Positions 43,810 through 53,460 of a stretch of DNA of 64,000 nt are shown piece after piece (the stretch's first letter is position 1; every line of letters starts with the position of its first letter). A program made the position numbers and the translations under genes. Below the pieces are notes generated by a model that was not told the DNA's origin, did no database searches, and was given only the letters and a program-made list of their open reading frames with translations. The stretch comes from Anaerolineales bacterium (GTDB taxonomy: Bacteria; Chloroflexota; Anaerolineae; Anaerolineales; UBA4823): the NCBI GenBank assembly GCA_041736465.1, contig JBGSTO010000317.1, positions 2,547-66,546 on the forward strand, in the 5' to 3' direction.

Positions 43810-44778
43810 TCATTCACTGCGCTGGGCCAGGCGCGGGTCCAGTGCATCTCGCAAGCCATCGCCAATCAGATTGAAGGACAGCACCGTAAACATGATTGCC
43901 AGGCCCGGATAGAACACCAGATGAGGGGCGGTAAAAACCTGGTTGCGCTCCGCTCCTAACATTGTTCCCCATTCCGGTGTTGGCGGAGTCGCCCCCAATC
44001 CCAGAAAGGAAAGGGCTGCCGCATCCAGGATCGCCGTAGCAATACCTAGTGTGGCCTGAACCACCAGGGGAGTCAGCGAATTCGGCAGCAAGCGAGTGAA
44101 AAGTATATAGAATGAGCTGCCTCCCAGCGAGCGTGACGCTTCGATGAACTCCATCTCGCGCACTGTCAGCACCGTGGATCGCACCACACGTGCATAAGCT
44201 GGAATAGAGACAATGCCGATCGCCAGCAAGGCGTTGATCAATCCAGGGCCAAGGATGGATACGATGGCAATCGCCAGAAGCAAAGAGGGGAATGCCAGCA
44301 GCACATCCATAAAGCGCATGATCACATTATCTACCGCACCGCCCAGATAGCCAGCCACGGAACCTAAGACGGTGCCGATAACCACCGCAAAACTAACGGT
44401 CGTGAATCCTACCATCAGGCTCAATCGAGAGCCAAAGATGATGCGGCTGAATTGGTCGCGTACATTCCCGTCAATTCCCATCAAATGCTGGGGCTGGTCT
44501 TGTGGGCAGCCAAGCAGGTGAATGCACGGCGCCGCGCGCATCTTTACCGGTTCAATGCCAATCAGCACCTGCAGCGGATCGTATGGCGCGATCACTTCTG
44601 CAAATACCGCACAGATAACCAGGATTCCCAGCATTACCAATCCTACCATGGCTGATTTTCGCTTGAAGAATCGCCGCCAGGTTGTATGCCAAAGGGAAAT
44701 ACCTTTAGCGGATAAGGCCTCGGCATCCAGTTGAGCAACCTGGACGGTTTTTGTTTGAGGTAAGTTCTGACTCGTCAT
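43810..44778 (-). CDS. peptide/nickel ABC transporter permease (DppC/OppC-like)
   Basis: 322 aa. Typical OppC N-terminal helix and EAA-loop region. Confidence 0.92.
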   Translation of the reverse strand: MTSQNLPQTKTVQVAQLDAEALSAKGISLWHTTWRRFFKRKSAMVGLVMLGILVICAVFAEVIAPYDPLQVLIGIEPVKMRAAPCIHLLGCPQDQPQHLMGIDGNVRDQFSRIIFGSRLSLMVGFTTVSFAVVIGTVLGSVAGYLGGAVDNVIMRFMDVLLAFPSLLLAIAIVSILGPGLINALLAIGIVSIPAYARVVRSTVLTVREMEFIEASRSLGGSSFYILFTRLLPNSLTPLVVQATLGIATAILDAAALSFLGLGATPPTPEWGTMLGAERNQVFTAPHLVFYPGLAIMFTVLSFNLIGDGLRDALDPRLAQRSE

Positions 44779-44787
44779 GCAGTTTTA

Positions 44788-45867
44788 TTATTCCAAGCGA
44801 ACGCGTGGATCCAGATAGACGTAGGAGATATCAACGATCAGATTCAAGAGTACAAAGAATACGGCAATCACTACAGTAAAAGATTGAACTACACCATAGT
44901 CACGGGCTGTGATGGCATCATATAAGATGCGCCCCACACCCGAAAGCCCAAAGATCGTTTCGGTAAGCACTGCGCCCCCAAGGAAGCTTCCCAGGGAAAG
45001 GCCAATAATGGTCACTAATGGCAGCAGGGCATTTCGCAGGGCATGTTTCAGCACTACGCCTCTAAAATGCAGGCCTTTAGCTCGCGCCGTACGTACGTAA
45101 TCCTGCCCCAGCACATCCAGCATGCTCGAACGCGTCATGCGAGCGATGATCGCCAGTGGGATCGTACCCACGGCTGCGGCAGGCAGCAGCAAGTGGCGGA
45201 TCGCATCTGCCAACACATCCCAACGGCCGGTAAGCAGGGAATTAAAGATATTCAAGCGAGCAAGAAAAATCATCAGGCTGGAGAAGACGCCCCTGGCAGC
45301 CAGTTCCATACCCCACACATCGTAAAACGGAGGTACGATCGTTCCAGGAGACAGCCGGCCCGACGGAGGCAATTGAAATGGGGTATCCTTCAAAAGCAGC
45401 GCAAATATATACGCCAGCATCAACCCCAGCCAGAAGACTGGCATGGATACACCCACATTGGCCAGCACCATGGTGCCAATATCAATCGAAGAATTATGTT
45501 TGACTGCAGAGATGATGCCCAGGGGGATGCCGACCAGGACTGCAAAGCCCATCGCTGCCAGGCTTAACTCCAGCGTAGTTGGCAGTCGTTCCACGATCAG
45601 CTCGGTCACAGGCTTGCCGTATCTCAAGGAAGTGCCCAGGTCGCCGCGCACGATCTCGCCAACGTATATACCAAACTGCACCAGGATAGGTTTATCCAGG
45701 CCATGACGGGTAATAAAAGCGTCGCATACGATATCGGTTGCTTTTTCTCCCAAAATAGCCCGGCAGGGATCCCCTGGGATCAAGCGGCCCAGTGCAAAGG
45801 TGACAAACAAGATACCCAGGAGAACCGGGATGCTGGAGATTACACGTCGGGTGATGTAAGTAACCAT
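44788..45867 (-). CDS. peptide/nickel ABC transporter permease (DppB/OppB-like)
   Basis: 359 aa. N-terminus MVTYITRRVISSIPVLLGILFVTF and the overall sequence are canonical DppB. Confidence 0.92.
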   Translation of the reverse strand: MVTYITRRVISSIPVLLGILFVTFALGRLIPGDPCRAILGEKATDIVCDAFITRHGLDKPILVQFGIYVGEIVRGDLGTSLRYGKPVTELIVERLPTTLELSLAAMGFAVLVGIPLGIISAVKHNSSIDIGTMVLANVGVSMPVFWLGLMLAYIFALLLKDTPFQLPPSGRLSPGTIVPPFYDVWGMELAARGVFSSLMIFLARLNIFNSLLTGRWDVLADAIRHLLLPAAAVGTIPLAIIARMTRSSMLDVLGQDYVRTARAKGLHFRGVVLKHALRNALLPLVTIIGLSLGSFLGGAVLTETIFGLSGVGRILYDAITARDYGVVQSFTVVIAVFFVLLNLIVDISYVYLDPRVRLE

Positions 45868-45977
45868 GGTTCGCTCATATAAAAAAGTTCCGGTGGGAGA
45901 ACCTCGGCCAGTCTTGGTGCTGGCTGGCCAGCGCCCCCACCGGAGCCGGTTCTAAAGGCCCGAAGGCCAGGTAAAGA

Positions 45978-47663
45978 TTACTCTGCAGGGGCGTTCAGGA
46001 AGCCACCCCAAAGACCACTGAAGTAGCTGAAGGCTCCCGTGTTGCCCTTGTGCAGCGGGTGAGCAGCGTCCCACTGTACCAGCAGGGACGTAACCACATC
46101 GTTTGCATCCAGGCTGGTGCCATCATGGAACAGCACGCCCTTGCGCAGGGTGCAGGTCCATTCGGTCAGATCAGCGTTGGGCGTGCAGACTTCAGCCAGG
46201 TTGGGCTCGACTGCCGTGCCGCCGATTTCATAACGATACAGCGACTCGGTGACCTGCTCACAGCCGCGCAGCGATTCGCCGTCAGTCTCATCAGCGCAGT
46301 AGAGCGAGATCGGCTCGGCGTTCTGCATCCAGACGAAGGTATCCTGTCCGGGAACACCCATCACTGAGAAGTTCTCATTGCCCAGCGGGCTGGAATGTGC
46401 ACCTTCCGCAGTCGCCTTGTAAGCTGTTGCGGAACCGCCGTGCGCCACCGGGACCATGGGCACGTGCTGCTTGATCAGGTTGTTGGCCTGTTCGTACAGC
46501 GGTCTGCGGGCTTCGTCGCCAGCCAGAGCAGCAGCCTGCTTCAAGACGTCAGTCAGGTCGGTAAATTTATCACCGAACTGCTTGGAAGAGCCGGCGCCGA
46601 AGTGGTAATCCAGGAAGTTGGTCTGATCCGGATAGTCAGCGCCCCAACCCAGCAGGTGCAGACCATCAAGCAAGCCCGAATCGGCATTATCCAGGAAGGT
46701 GCCCGATTCCTGAACCTCGATGGTTACATCGATGTTTAGGTTTTCCTTCAACTGCGCCTGGATATCCTGGGCAACCACACCCGGCTGCGGCAGGTAGCCA
46801 CGCACCACGTCACGGTAGTACAGCTTGGTGGCAAAGCCATCGGGGAAACCAGCTGCTGTCAGCATTTCTTTGGCCGCAACCGGATCGAACTCGTACCAGG
46901 ACTCGCCGACACAGCCATTGGGGATCGCGCAAGGCGAGAAGTGCGAGGCGACTTCGGAGCCAGCCGGGTAGAAGTTGTCCACGATACGCTGGCGGTCTAG
47001 GCCCATAGCGATCGCCTGCCGCACCTGCTCATTGTCGAATGGCGCGAAGGTATTGGTCATGCCCAGGTAGAAAATATTCAACGCCGGGCGCTGGATCAGC
47101 GTCAGGTTGGGATCCGATTCGATCTTGGCAAAATCATCTGGGCCAGGGTTATCAATGCCGTCTACAGTGCCTGCCTGCAGCTCGAGCAGCCGCTGGGCGG
47201 CCTCGGAGCTCCAGCGGAATACTACGGTCTGGTTTTTAGCCTTCTCAGCACCCCAGTAATTCGGGTTAGCCGTGAAGATCAATTCCTCGCCGCGCTTCCA
47301 CTCACCGACCATGTACGGGCCGGTGCCCATGGGCTTCTCCAACAGTGCGCTGCCCTCACCGCCGCCGCCGGTCTGCTCCAAATATTCAGCGGACTGGATG
47401 GCAAACGATGAGAAGGCAATCTTGGACAGGAATGCCGGGTCTGGTGCGCACATCGTAAACTTGACGGTAAATTCATCCATGGCTTCCATGGACTTGAACA
47501 GACCGCCGTAGTCACAATTCGGCGCTTCGGCTTTCATCGGCTCAAAAGCCATCACTTCTACGGTAGCCTCCGGTGTGGGCGCTGCCTGGGGTTGGCAGGC
47601 GCCAAGCACCATGCTGAACAGCACGGCCAACACAACGAAGACAAAAATTGGTTTACGGCTCAT
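45978..47663 (-). CDS. family-5 ABC substrate-binding lipoprotein (peptide/nickel type)
   Basis: 561 aa. Lipobox VLGACQ, SBP_bac_5-like sequence, SD ggagg 7 nt upstream. Confidence 0.9.
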   Translation of the reverse strand: MSRKPIFVFVVLAVLFSMVLGACQPQAAPTPEATVEVMAFEPMKAEAPNCDYGGLFKSMEAMDEFTVKFTMCAPDPAFLSKIAFSSFAIQSAEYLEQTGGGGEGSALLEKPMGTGPYMVGEWKRGEELIFTANPNYWGAEKAKNQTVVFRWSSEAAQRLLELQAGTVDGIDNPGPDDFAKIESDPNLTLIQRPALNIFYLGMTNTFAPFDNEQVRQAIAMGLDRQRIVDNFYPAGSEVASHFSPCAIPNGCVGESWYEFDPVAAKEMLTAAGFPDGFATKLYYRDVVRGYLPQPGVVAQDIQAQLKENLNIDVTIEVQESGTFLDNADSGLLDGLHLLGWGADYPDQTNFLDYHFGAGSSKQFGDKFTDLTDVLKQAAALAGDEARRPLYEQANNLIKQHVPMVPVAHGGSATAYKATAEGAHSSPLGNENFSVMGVPGQDTFVWMQNAEPISLYCADETDGESLRGCEQVTESLYRYEIGGTAVEPNLAEVCTPNADLTEWTCTLRKGVLFHDGTSLDANDVVTSLLVQWDAAHPLHKGNTGAFSYFSGLWGGFLNAPAE

Positions 47664-47792
47664 TCTTCTTCCTCCATCCTAAACATGTGTGGGTACATTC
47701 GAAAGTGGATACGTGGAAACCATATTGTGATCGCTACGATCTCACCTCCTTTTCTGGGTCAATTATACGTGATTTATCAGTATAACTCAAAG

Positions 47793-47820
47793 ATTATATC
47801 TTTCCGTCCAATTAAGTCAA
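47793..47820 (-). promoter_or_regulatory. promoter of the peptide ABC operon
   Basis: On the minus strand: TTGACT (47815-47820), 16-nt spacer, TATAAT (47793-47798). The -35 lies inside the 12-bp palindrome agtcaattgact. The predicted leader is about 120 nt. Confidence 0.6.
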
Positions 47821-47955
47821 TTGACTATTGATGTTTTCGCAGGTGCTTTCCATGTACGCGCCATTGCATAGGGTAAAAATCACCGGCCCAGGGCTGTGCG
47901 TACGCTGGTGCGCCGCACGAGTTGGGCAACCGGGATGGAATTTGTCATATTTTCC

Positions 47956-47999
47956 TGTGACACCTGTCACTTTTCTCTCAGCCGTAATAGAGGTATACT
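47956..47999 (+). promoter_or_regulatory. CRP/FNR-type site at class-II distance plus a -10 element
   Basis: TGTGA-cacctg-TCACT (47956-47971) matches the TGTGA-N6-TCACA half-sites at 9 of 10 positions. TATACT lies at 47994-47999, and there is no good -35. The site centre is about 42 nt upstream of the predicted TSS. Confidence 0.4.
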
Positions 48000-48068
48000 A
48001 AAAATATCTGTGGCGCACTGTGCACCCAAAATTTGGTAGGTACTTAGTGGATCTTTCGGAGGCAGACA

Positions 48069-48302
48069 ATGGCATATAAGGCTTGGCAAGTAATCAAAGT
48101 ACGCTACTGCGAACATGCAGGCGCCGAGGTATCCATGGAAGCCCAGGTCATTTTTCCGGCAGATTTTCTTCCGGATCAGGCGCCGCGCGTAATCTCACAC
48201 CGCTGCTCGCAGGCAGTCGCATGCAACCTGGATGGACGGGCAAGCTGCGTCTGGGCTGGAACTAATCCAAACTTCGACCCATTCGCAGAAAGCGACCTCT
48301 AG
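48069..48302 (+). CDS. small Cys/His-containing protein of unknown function
   Basis: 77 aa. SD ggagg 6 nt upstream and a terminator downstream. Four Cys residues (C14, C46, C52, C60) and two His. I recognise no family. Confidence 0.6.
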   Translation: MAYKAWQVIKVRYCEHAGAEVSMEAQVIFPADFLPDQAPRVISHRCSQAVACNLDGRASCVWAGTNPNFDPFAESDL

Positions 48303-48331
48303 GCCTCCAAAACGCATCAAACTACCCGCCA

Positions 48332-48386
48332 GCAGCCACGCAGTCTGCCTCTGCAGAGAGGCTCGCCTGCATGGCTGCTTTTTTTT
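48332..48386 (+). terminator. intrinsic terminator after the small protein gene
   Basis: Outer stem gcagccacgcag (48332-48343) / ctgcatggctgc (48367-48378) with one mismatch, inner stem gcctct/agaggc, then tttttttt. Confidence 0.75.
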
Positions 48387-48391
48387 ATCTC

Positions 48392-49597
48392 TCAGGCAAT
48401 CACTCCCAACGCACGACCGACGCGAGCAAAAACTTCCAGACCTTGGTCCAGATCCTGGCGCTCATGTGCGGCTGAGATCATCACCCGGATGCGCGCTTTA
48501 CCCCGCGGCACCGTCGGGAAACCGATCGCCGTTGCAAATACACCGTTCTCGAACAGCTCCCGGCTGAACTGCTGCGCCATGGGGGCTTCGCCCAGCATAA
48601 CCGGCGTAATCGGGGTCACACTCTGCCCAATATCGAAACCCAAACGGCGCATCTCATCCTTGAAGTAGCGCGAATTAGCCCACAGCTTATCCACCAGCTC
48701 GGTCGACTCTTCCAGAATGTCCAGGGCTGCCAGGCAAGCCGCGGTATCGGGCACGGTCATCGCCGAAGAGAACAGGAATGGACGGCCGCGCTGCCGCAGC
48801 CACTCAACGACAACCGGATTTCCAGCGACCAGGCCTCCGACTACACCGAATGCTTTCGAAAGGGTGCCGATTTCGATATCCACTTTACCATGTAAGTGAA
48901 AGTGGTCAACAATCCCGCGACCGCCACTCCCCAACACCCCTTCCCCATGCGCATCGTCTACCATCAGGATGGTATTATAGTTGCGCGTCACGTCGTAGAT
49001 GGCATCCAGGGGAGCCACGTCGCCATCCATGCTAAACACACCATCCGTGACTACCAATGCGCGTGTGAATCCAGCCCGGTGCTCTTTGAGCGCCCGCTCC
49101 AGATCGTGAGCGTCACAGTGCGCGTAGCGGATGATTCGTGCACCGGATAGACGGCAGCCGTCAATGATACTGGCATGGTTAAGCTCGTCGGTAAAAATTG
49201 CGTCCTCTTTGCCCACCAGGGCCGGGATAGCGCCCACGTTTGCATTGAACCCGGATTGGAATGTGATCGCGGCTTCAACTTTTTTAAATGCCGCCAGGCG
49301 CTGTTCCAGCTTGACGTGCAGGCTCATCGTACCGGCAATCGTACGGACTGCCGCGGGACCGACACCAAATTCCTTGATCGCCTCGATGGCTGCCTGCACC
49401 ACGCGCGGGTGGTTTGCCAGGCCCAGGTAGTTGTTGGAACAAAAATTGAGGGCTTTCTTGCCGTCAACAACCAGCCAGGCTCCTTGGGGCGAGCTTAGCG
49501 TACGGATGCGCGTGTAAAGGCCATTATCCTTCAGGGTCTGCAGCTCATCTTGAATCCACTGCAGTTTTTCTGACACGTTCGTTTCGGAAGCAGACAT
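48392..49597 (-). CDS. kbl: glycine C-acetyltransferase (2-amino-3-ketobutyrate CoA ligase) family
   Basis: ATG at 49597 (SD agaggtg). The track start at 49603 is GTG. Alpha-oxoamine synthase fold with PLP-lysine motif GTLSKAFG. The sequence is closest to Kbl, but BioF cannot be excluded. Confidence 0.85.
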   Translation of the reverse strand: MSASETNVSEKLQWIQDELQTLKDNGLYTRIRTLSSPQGAWLVVDGKKALNFCSNNYLGLANHPRVVQAAIEAIKEFGVGPAAVRTIAGTMSLHVKLEQRLAAFKKVEAAITFQSGFNANVGAIPALVGKEDAIFTDELNHASIIDGCRLSGARIIRYAHCDAHDLERALKEHRAGFTRALVVTDGVFSMDGDVAPLDAIYDVTRNYNTILMVDDAHGEGVLGSGGRGIVDHFHLHGKVDIEIGTLSKAFGVVGGLVAGNPVVVEWLRQRGRPFLFSSAMTVPDTAACLAALDILEESTELVDKLWANSRYFKDEMRRLGFDIGQSVTPITPVMLGEAPMAQQFSRELFENGVFATAIGFPTVPRGKARIRVMISAAHERQDLDQGLEVFARVGRALGVIA

Positions 49598-49668
49598 TTT
49601 CACCTCTGTGTGGTAGAAGGGCTTTTCTTATAACCGGCGCGGTGTATTGTGACAGCTTTTCAGCTATT

Positions 49669-50661
49669 CTAAGGCTTTGCCTTTGGGCGGCGGCGAATGC
49701 CGAGCAAACGCCCAAAGAAATCGGGTGATTCTGGTTTTGGCAGCTTTGATTTCGTTTGCGCTTCCTCCCAATTTGCGGCCTGGCGCTGCTGCCACCACTC
49801 TCCCCGGCCGCGCAATGCCCGCTCAAGGCGGTTCTGCAGAGCATCTGCATCTCCCTGAGCCAGATCGCTGCGCATGGCCTGCAAAGAGGCGATGACACCA
49901 TCTAAAGATCGAATTACATTCTCACGGCTCAAGATCGCCGATGTTAACAAGGGGCTGGTCTCACTCAGTTGAGCAATCGGCCCGGTCACTTCTGCAAATG
50001 CCCGCCCAGCGACCTTACGGGCTTCATGCCAGCCGGGTTGGTCAACGGTGGCGTTGAGCAATGCGGCTGCCAGGAGCTGCGGAATGATGTACGTGGCAGA
50101 CATGAGACCATCGATCTCGAGCGGATCGACAAACAACGGCACTGCTCCCAGCAAGCGCGCCAGGTCTGCTGCCAGCTTGATGGCTTCAGAGACGGTTCCT
50201 GGCGGCGTAGCAATCGCCAGCAGCCCCTGCTTGAAAAGGTCGTCGCGTGCCGCCTCCACGCCGCGGTCGGTAGCATGCAGATACTCCGGGTTGATCACCG
50301 GCGTCAGGCCGATATAATAGCGCCCTGGCGGCAGCAGCTCGCCCGCCCACATGGCGACAGCTTCTTTGACCGGGCCGGTATCCAGCACTACGGCGCCTTC
50401 TTTCAAGTCCTGGGCGATAAAACCTAATGTGTCGCGTATCTGATCCATTGGCAGCGATAGCACGACCACATCGGCTTCGCGCACCGCTGATGGAAGGTTC
50501 AGCATTGTGCGATCTACGGCGCCTATTTTCTGCGCTTTGTCAGCAACTTCCGGATCGCGATCGTGCCCCACGCGCAGGAAGGTCGTTTCGTGTTTGCCGA
50601 GTGCCAGTCCAATCGAGCTGCCGATCTGTCCCAGTCCAACAATAGTGATCTGAATCGCCAT
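49669..50661 (-). CDS. prephenate/arogenate dehydrogenase-family protein
   Basis: 330 aa. Rossmann motif IVGLGQIGSSIG, and a C-terminal basic tail absent from the minimal TyrA core. Confidence 0.75.
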   Translation of the reverse strand: MAIQITIVGLGQIGSSIGLALGKHETTFLRVGHDRDPEVADKAQKIGAVDRTMLNLPSAVREADVVVLSLPMDQIRDTLGFIAQDLKEGAVVLDTGPVKEAVAMWAGELLPPGRYYIGLTPVINPEYLHATDRGVEAARDDLFKQGLLAIATPPGTVSEAIKLAADLARLLGAVPLFVDPLEIDGLMSATYIIPQLLAAALLNATVDQPGWHEARKVAGRAFAEVTGPIAQLSETSPLLTSAILSRENVIRSLDGVIASLQAMRSDLAQGDADALQNRLERALRGRGEWWQQRQAANWEEAQTKSKLPKPESPDFFGRLLGIRRRPKAKP

Positions 50662-50671
50662 ACCAACCCTT

Positions 50672-51232
50672 TCACAACTGGTCGTCTACCATTTGGAGGA
50701 TTTTTAATAACCTATCTTCCGAAGCCGCCGTTTCATCGGGCAGATGGTCCTGGTGCCTGGAAATGAGCTGCACTGCCTGAGGCGTTACACCCGCGTGGGC
50801 TGCCATTTCTGCCCCCCACCTGGCGTGTTGAGATGCCACGATAAACGCGCGGCGCCAGGCAGGGATCTTGCTGGAGGCTGGCCCTTCAAATTCTCCCCAT
50901 GCCTTTACCAACGATGGCGTTACAGCTTTTCCCAATACAATCACCACCCGCTCCCACAAACTGAGCGGGTGGCAGGCTTTGCCAACATCGTGCAGCAAAG
51001 CCGCAACCAATAAATGCTCGCCGCCCTCAACAGGCTGCGCCTGCAGCCTGGCAGCCACCTGCCGGTATACTTCAAGACTGTGCATCTGTTCTCCAGGCTG
51101 CATAGTTAAGAACAGATCCATAGGTCGTGGGCCTAACACAGCCCTGACCAATGCCAGGTCTTGCCTTTCTGGCCTGGCACTCAATGCTTTCCAAAATTGT
51201 CTCACGCGGTAGCAAATGCGCGCGCGACTCAT
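50672..51232 (-). CDS. HD-domain phosphohydrolase-like protein
   Basis: I chose the ATG at 51232, which overlaps the upstream stop (ATGA). LLHDVGK metal-binding motif. The track ORF extends 126 codons further, into the M50 gene. Confidence 0.7.
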   Translation of the reverse strand: MSRARICYRVRQFWKALSARPERQDLALVRAVLGPRPMDLFLTMQPGEQMHSLEVYRQVAARLQAQPVEGGEHLLVAALLHDVGKACHPLSLWERVVIVLGKAVTPSLVKAWGEFEGPASSKIPAWRRAFIVASQHARWGAEMAAHAGVTPQAVQLISRHQDHLPDETAASEDRLLKILQMVDDQL

Positions 51233-51873
51233 CCAACCAGAGCCCTGAGCAGCAGGGTTAGCGGCGGTGTGATGATCCAAGAGAGGACTCCCAGGAACAC
51301 GACTGCCATGAGTATGATCGGCCCGTAAGGGCGAATTACATCCAGGGCACGCTGCAAGGCAGGGGGAAAGAAATAATCGGCAATTTTCTCGCCATCCAAA
51401 GGGGCCAGGGGGATCAAGTTGAACAGCATTAAAAGCAAATTGATGTATACAAATACCAGCAGCACCTGGGGAAGCGTTGGCAGGATGTGGTTGCTGTTGG
51501 AAGCCATATCCAGATAAGCCTGCCCAGAGGAAACCAGCCCCAGGCGAAATGGAATTGCTGCCACTAACGCCATCATCAAGTTGGAAAGCGGGCCTGCCAA
51601 AGAGACCCACATCATCGCCGCAGGGGAGCGGCGGGAAAGCGCATATGGATTAACATTTACAGGCCGCGCCCAGCCAAAGCCCGCAACAATCAGCAAAAGC
51701 GAGCCTAACACGTCCAGGTGCACCAATGGATTGAGGGTCAGCCGTCCTTCCAATCGCGGCGTATCATCTCCAAAATAATTTGCTGTCCAGGCATGGGCAA
51801 ATTCATGCACTGGAAAGGCAACCAAAAGCACAATCAAGTGCGAAATGATCATCGAAGGCGAAAGATCGAGCAT
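51229..51873 (-). CDS. site-2 protease family (peptidase M50) membrane metalloprotease
   Basis: I chose the ATG at 51873. HEFAHAW zinc motif in the first TM region and NLIPLAPLDG further on. Confidence 0.85.
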   Translation of the reverse strand: MLDLSPSMIISHLIVLLVAFPVHEFAHAWTANYFGDDTPRLEGRLTLNPLVHLDVLGSLLLIVAGFGWARPVNVNPYALSRRSPAAMMWVSLAGPLSNLMMALVAAIPFRLGLVSSGQAYLDMASNSNHILPTLPQVLLVFVYINLLLMLFNLIPLAPLDGEKIADYFFPPALQRALDVIRPYGPIILMAVVFLGVLSWIITPPLTLLLRALVG

Positions 51874-52009
51874 ATTGAATAAAATCCTGTACGACCAGTC
51901 AGATTTTGGGAAACTCTCAATTGAAAACCGAGTGTACTGCTCAAAATCATTATACCATCTGGCATTATGAGACGCCCCGCGGCAAGACCGAGAATGCTGG
52001 CGTGATATA

Positions 52010-52216
52010 ATGCCTTTGATGCTGCCAGATCTGGGTTTAGAAGATATACTGCGGCTGCGCAAGCCGCATCCCTGCGGTAGCTATGAATGGAAAGTAGTCC
52101 GTCTGGGTGCGGATATCGGTCTGGAATGCCTTAAGTGCGGGCGGCGCGTTATGCTGCCGCGGCGGGAACTTTCCAGGCGAATAAAGACGATCGTATCAAA
52201 AAAGGCTGATGAATAA
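52010..52216 (+). CDS. DUF951-family small protein
   Basis: 68 aa. [32 protein letters not shown] is the DUF951 core. The real start may be the second ATG at 52019 (see findings). Confidence 0.8.
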   Translation: MPLMLPDLGLEDILRLRKPHPCGSYEWKVVRLGADIGLECLKCGRRVMLPRRELSRRIKTIVSKKADE

Positions 52217-53393
52217 TTCACCAATCCACCACCCGCACATCGTCTTCCTGTTCTCGGATACCGGTGGGGGCCATCGTTCCGCGACCGAAGCAATTATAGA
52301 AGCGCTGAACATAGAGTTCCCCGACCAGGTGACCACTGAGATGGTCGATATCTTCAAGCAGTACGCACCGCGCCCTCTCAATTACATGCCTGATTGGTAT
52401 CCGAAGATGGTTCGTATCCAGCAAGTCTGGGGCCTGGGATATCACTTGAGCAACGGCGACCGGCGCGCGCGGCTACTGATGGGCACTGCCTACCCGTACG
52501 TGCGCCGCTCGATGCTCAATCTGGTTCAGCACCATCCTGCCGATATGTACGTATCGGTACACCCGCTGGCGAATGTTCCTGTACTGCGCACCCTTGGAGA
52601 GAAGCACCCTCCTTTCGTCACGGTAGTTACCGATCTGGTCACCACCCATGCCCTGTGGTACCACCGTAAAACAGACTTGTGCATCGTCCCTACACAGGAA
52701 GCCGGGCAGCGTGCGGTAAAATTCGGCTTGAAACCGGGGCAGGTCCGCGTGGTCGGATTACCCGTAGCAGATCGTTTTTGCCAGCCCGTTAGGGACAAGT
52801 ATCTGCTGCGCAGTCGCCTGAATTGGCCCGAAGACTTGCCTATTATCCTGCTGGTCGGCGGCGGTGAAGGAATGGGGCCGTTGGAAAAGACCGCCCAGGC
52901 AATCGCCAGCGCCCGCCTGCCGGCAGCCCTGGCAGTGATCTGCGGGCGAAATACCCGCTTGAAGGAACGACTTGAGTCCTATCACTGGGAAATCCCCGCG
53001 TTTATTTACGGCTTCACACGCGAGATGCCAGCTTTGATGCAAGCCGCAGATATCCTGGTGACCAAAGCCGGTCCTGGCACGATCAGCGAGGCGCTGAACG
53101 CCGGCTTACCCATGGTGCTCTACAGCCGCCTTCCGGGACAGGAAGATGGCAATGTCGGCTTCATTGTTTCAGAACAAGCCGGCGTTTGGGCGCCGCGCAC
53201 CGAGTCGATCGTAGCCGCGCTAAAAAAATGGCTTGAGAAGCCGCACCTGCGCGATCAGGCAGCAGATAACGCACGTCGTCTGGCAAACCCTCAAGCCGCA
53301 CGCCAGATTGCCCACATCATGATGAATTATGTGGCTGAAAGCCGTTTCCAAAAGGGGCAATCCTCAACCAGAATAGAAAGCCGGCCCACCTGA
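52209..53393 (+). CDS. MGDG-synthase-type glycosyltransferase (GT28-like diacylglycerol glycosyltransferase)
   Basis: 394 aa. N-terminal [13 protein letters not shown] motif and a GT-B C-terminal half. It overlaps the DUF951 gene by 8 nt. Confidence 0.85.
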   Translation: MNNSPIHHPHIVFLFSDTGGGHRSATEAIIEALNIEFPDQVTTEMVDIFKQYAPRPLNYMPDWYPKMVRIQQVWGLGYHLSNGDRRARLLMGTAYPYVRRSMLNLVQHHPADMYVSVHPLANVPVLRTLGEKHPPFVTVVTDLVTTHALWYHRKTDLCIVPTQEAGQRAVKFGLKPGQVRVVGLPVADRFCQPVRDKYLLRSRLNWPEDLPIILLVGGGEGMGPLEKTAQAIASARLPAALAVICGRNTRLKERLESYHWEIPAFIYGFTREMPALMQAADILVTKAGPGTISEALNAGLPMVLYSRLPGQEDGNVGFIVSEQAGVWAPRTESIVAALKKWLEKPHLRDQAADNARRLANPQAARQIAHIMMNYVAESRFQKGQSSTRIESRPT

Positions 53394-53460
53394 TCCTGGC
53401 TAAAGCCAGGCTGCCACACATGCACCGGCTGTGATAGGCCAGCAGCTCCCCGTGAACATA

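Noticed and set aside
50672-51610. Long 312-aa version of the HD-domain ORF, extending 126 codons into the M50 protease gene.
   Set aside because: The extension overlaps the well-supported M50 gene in another frame and is Pro/Gly-rich. An ATG at 51232 gives the classical ATGA stop/start overlap and a normal-size HD protein.
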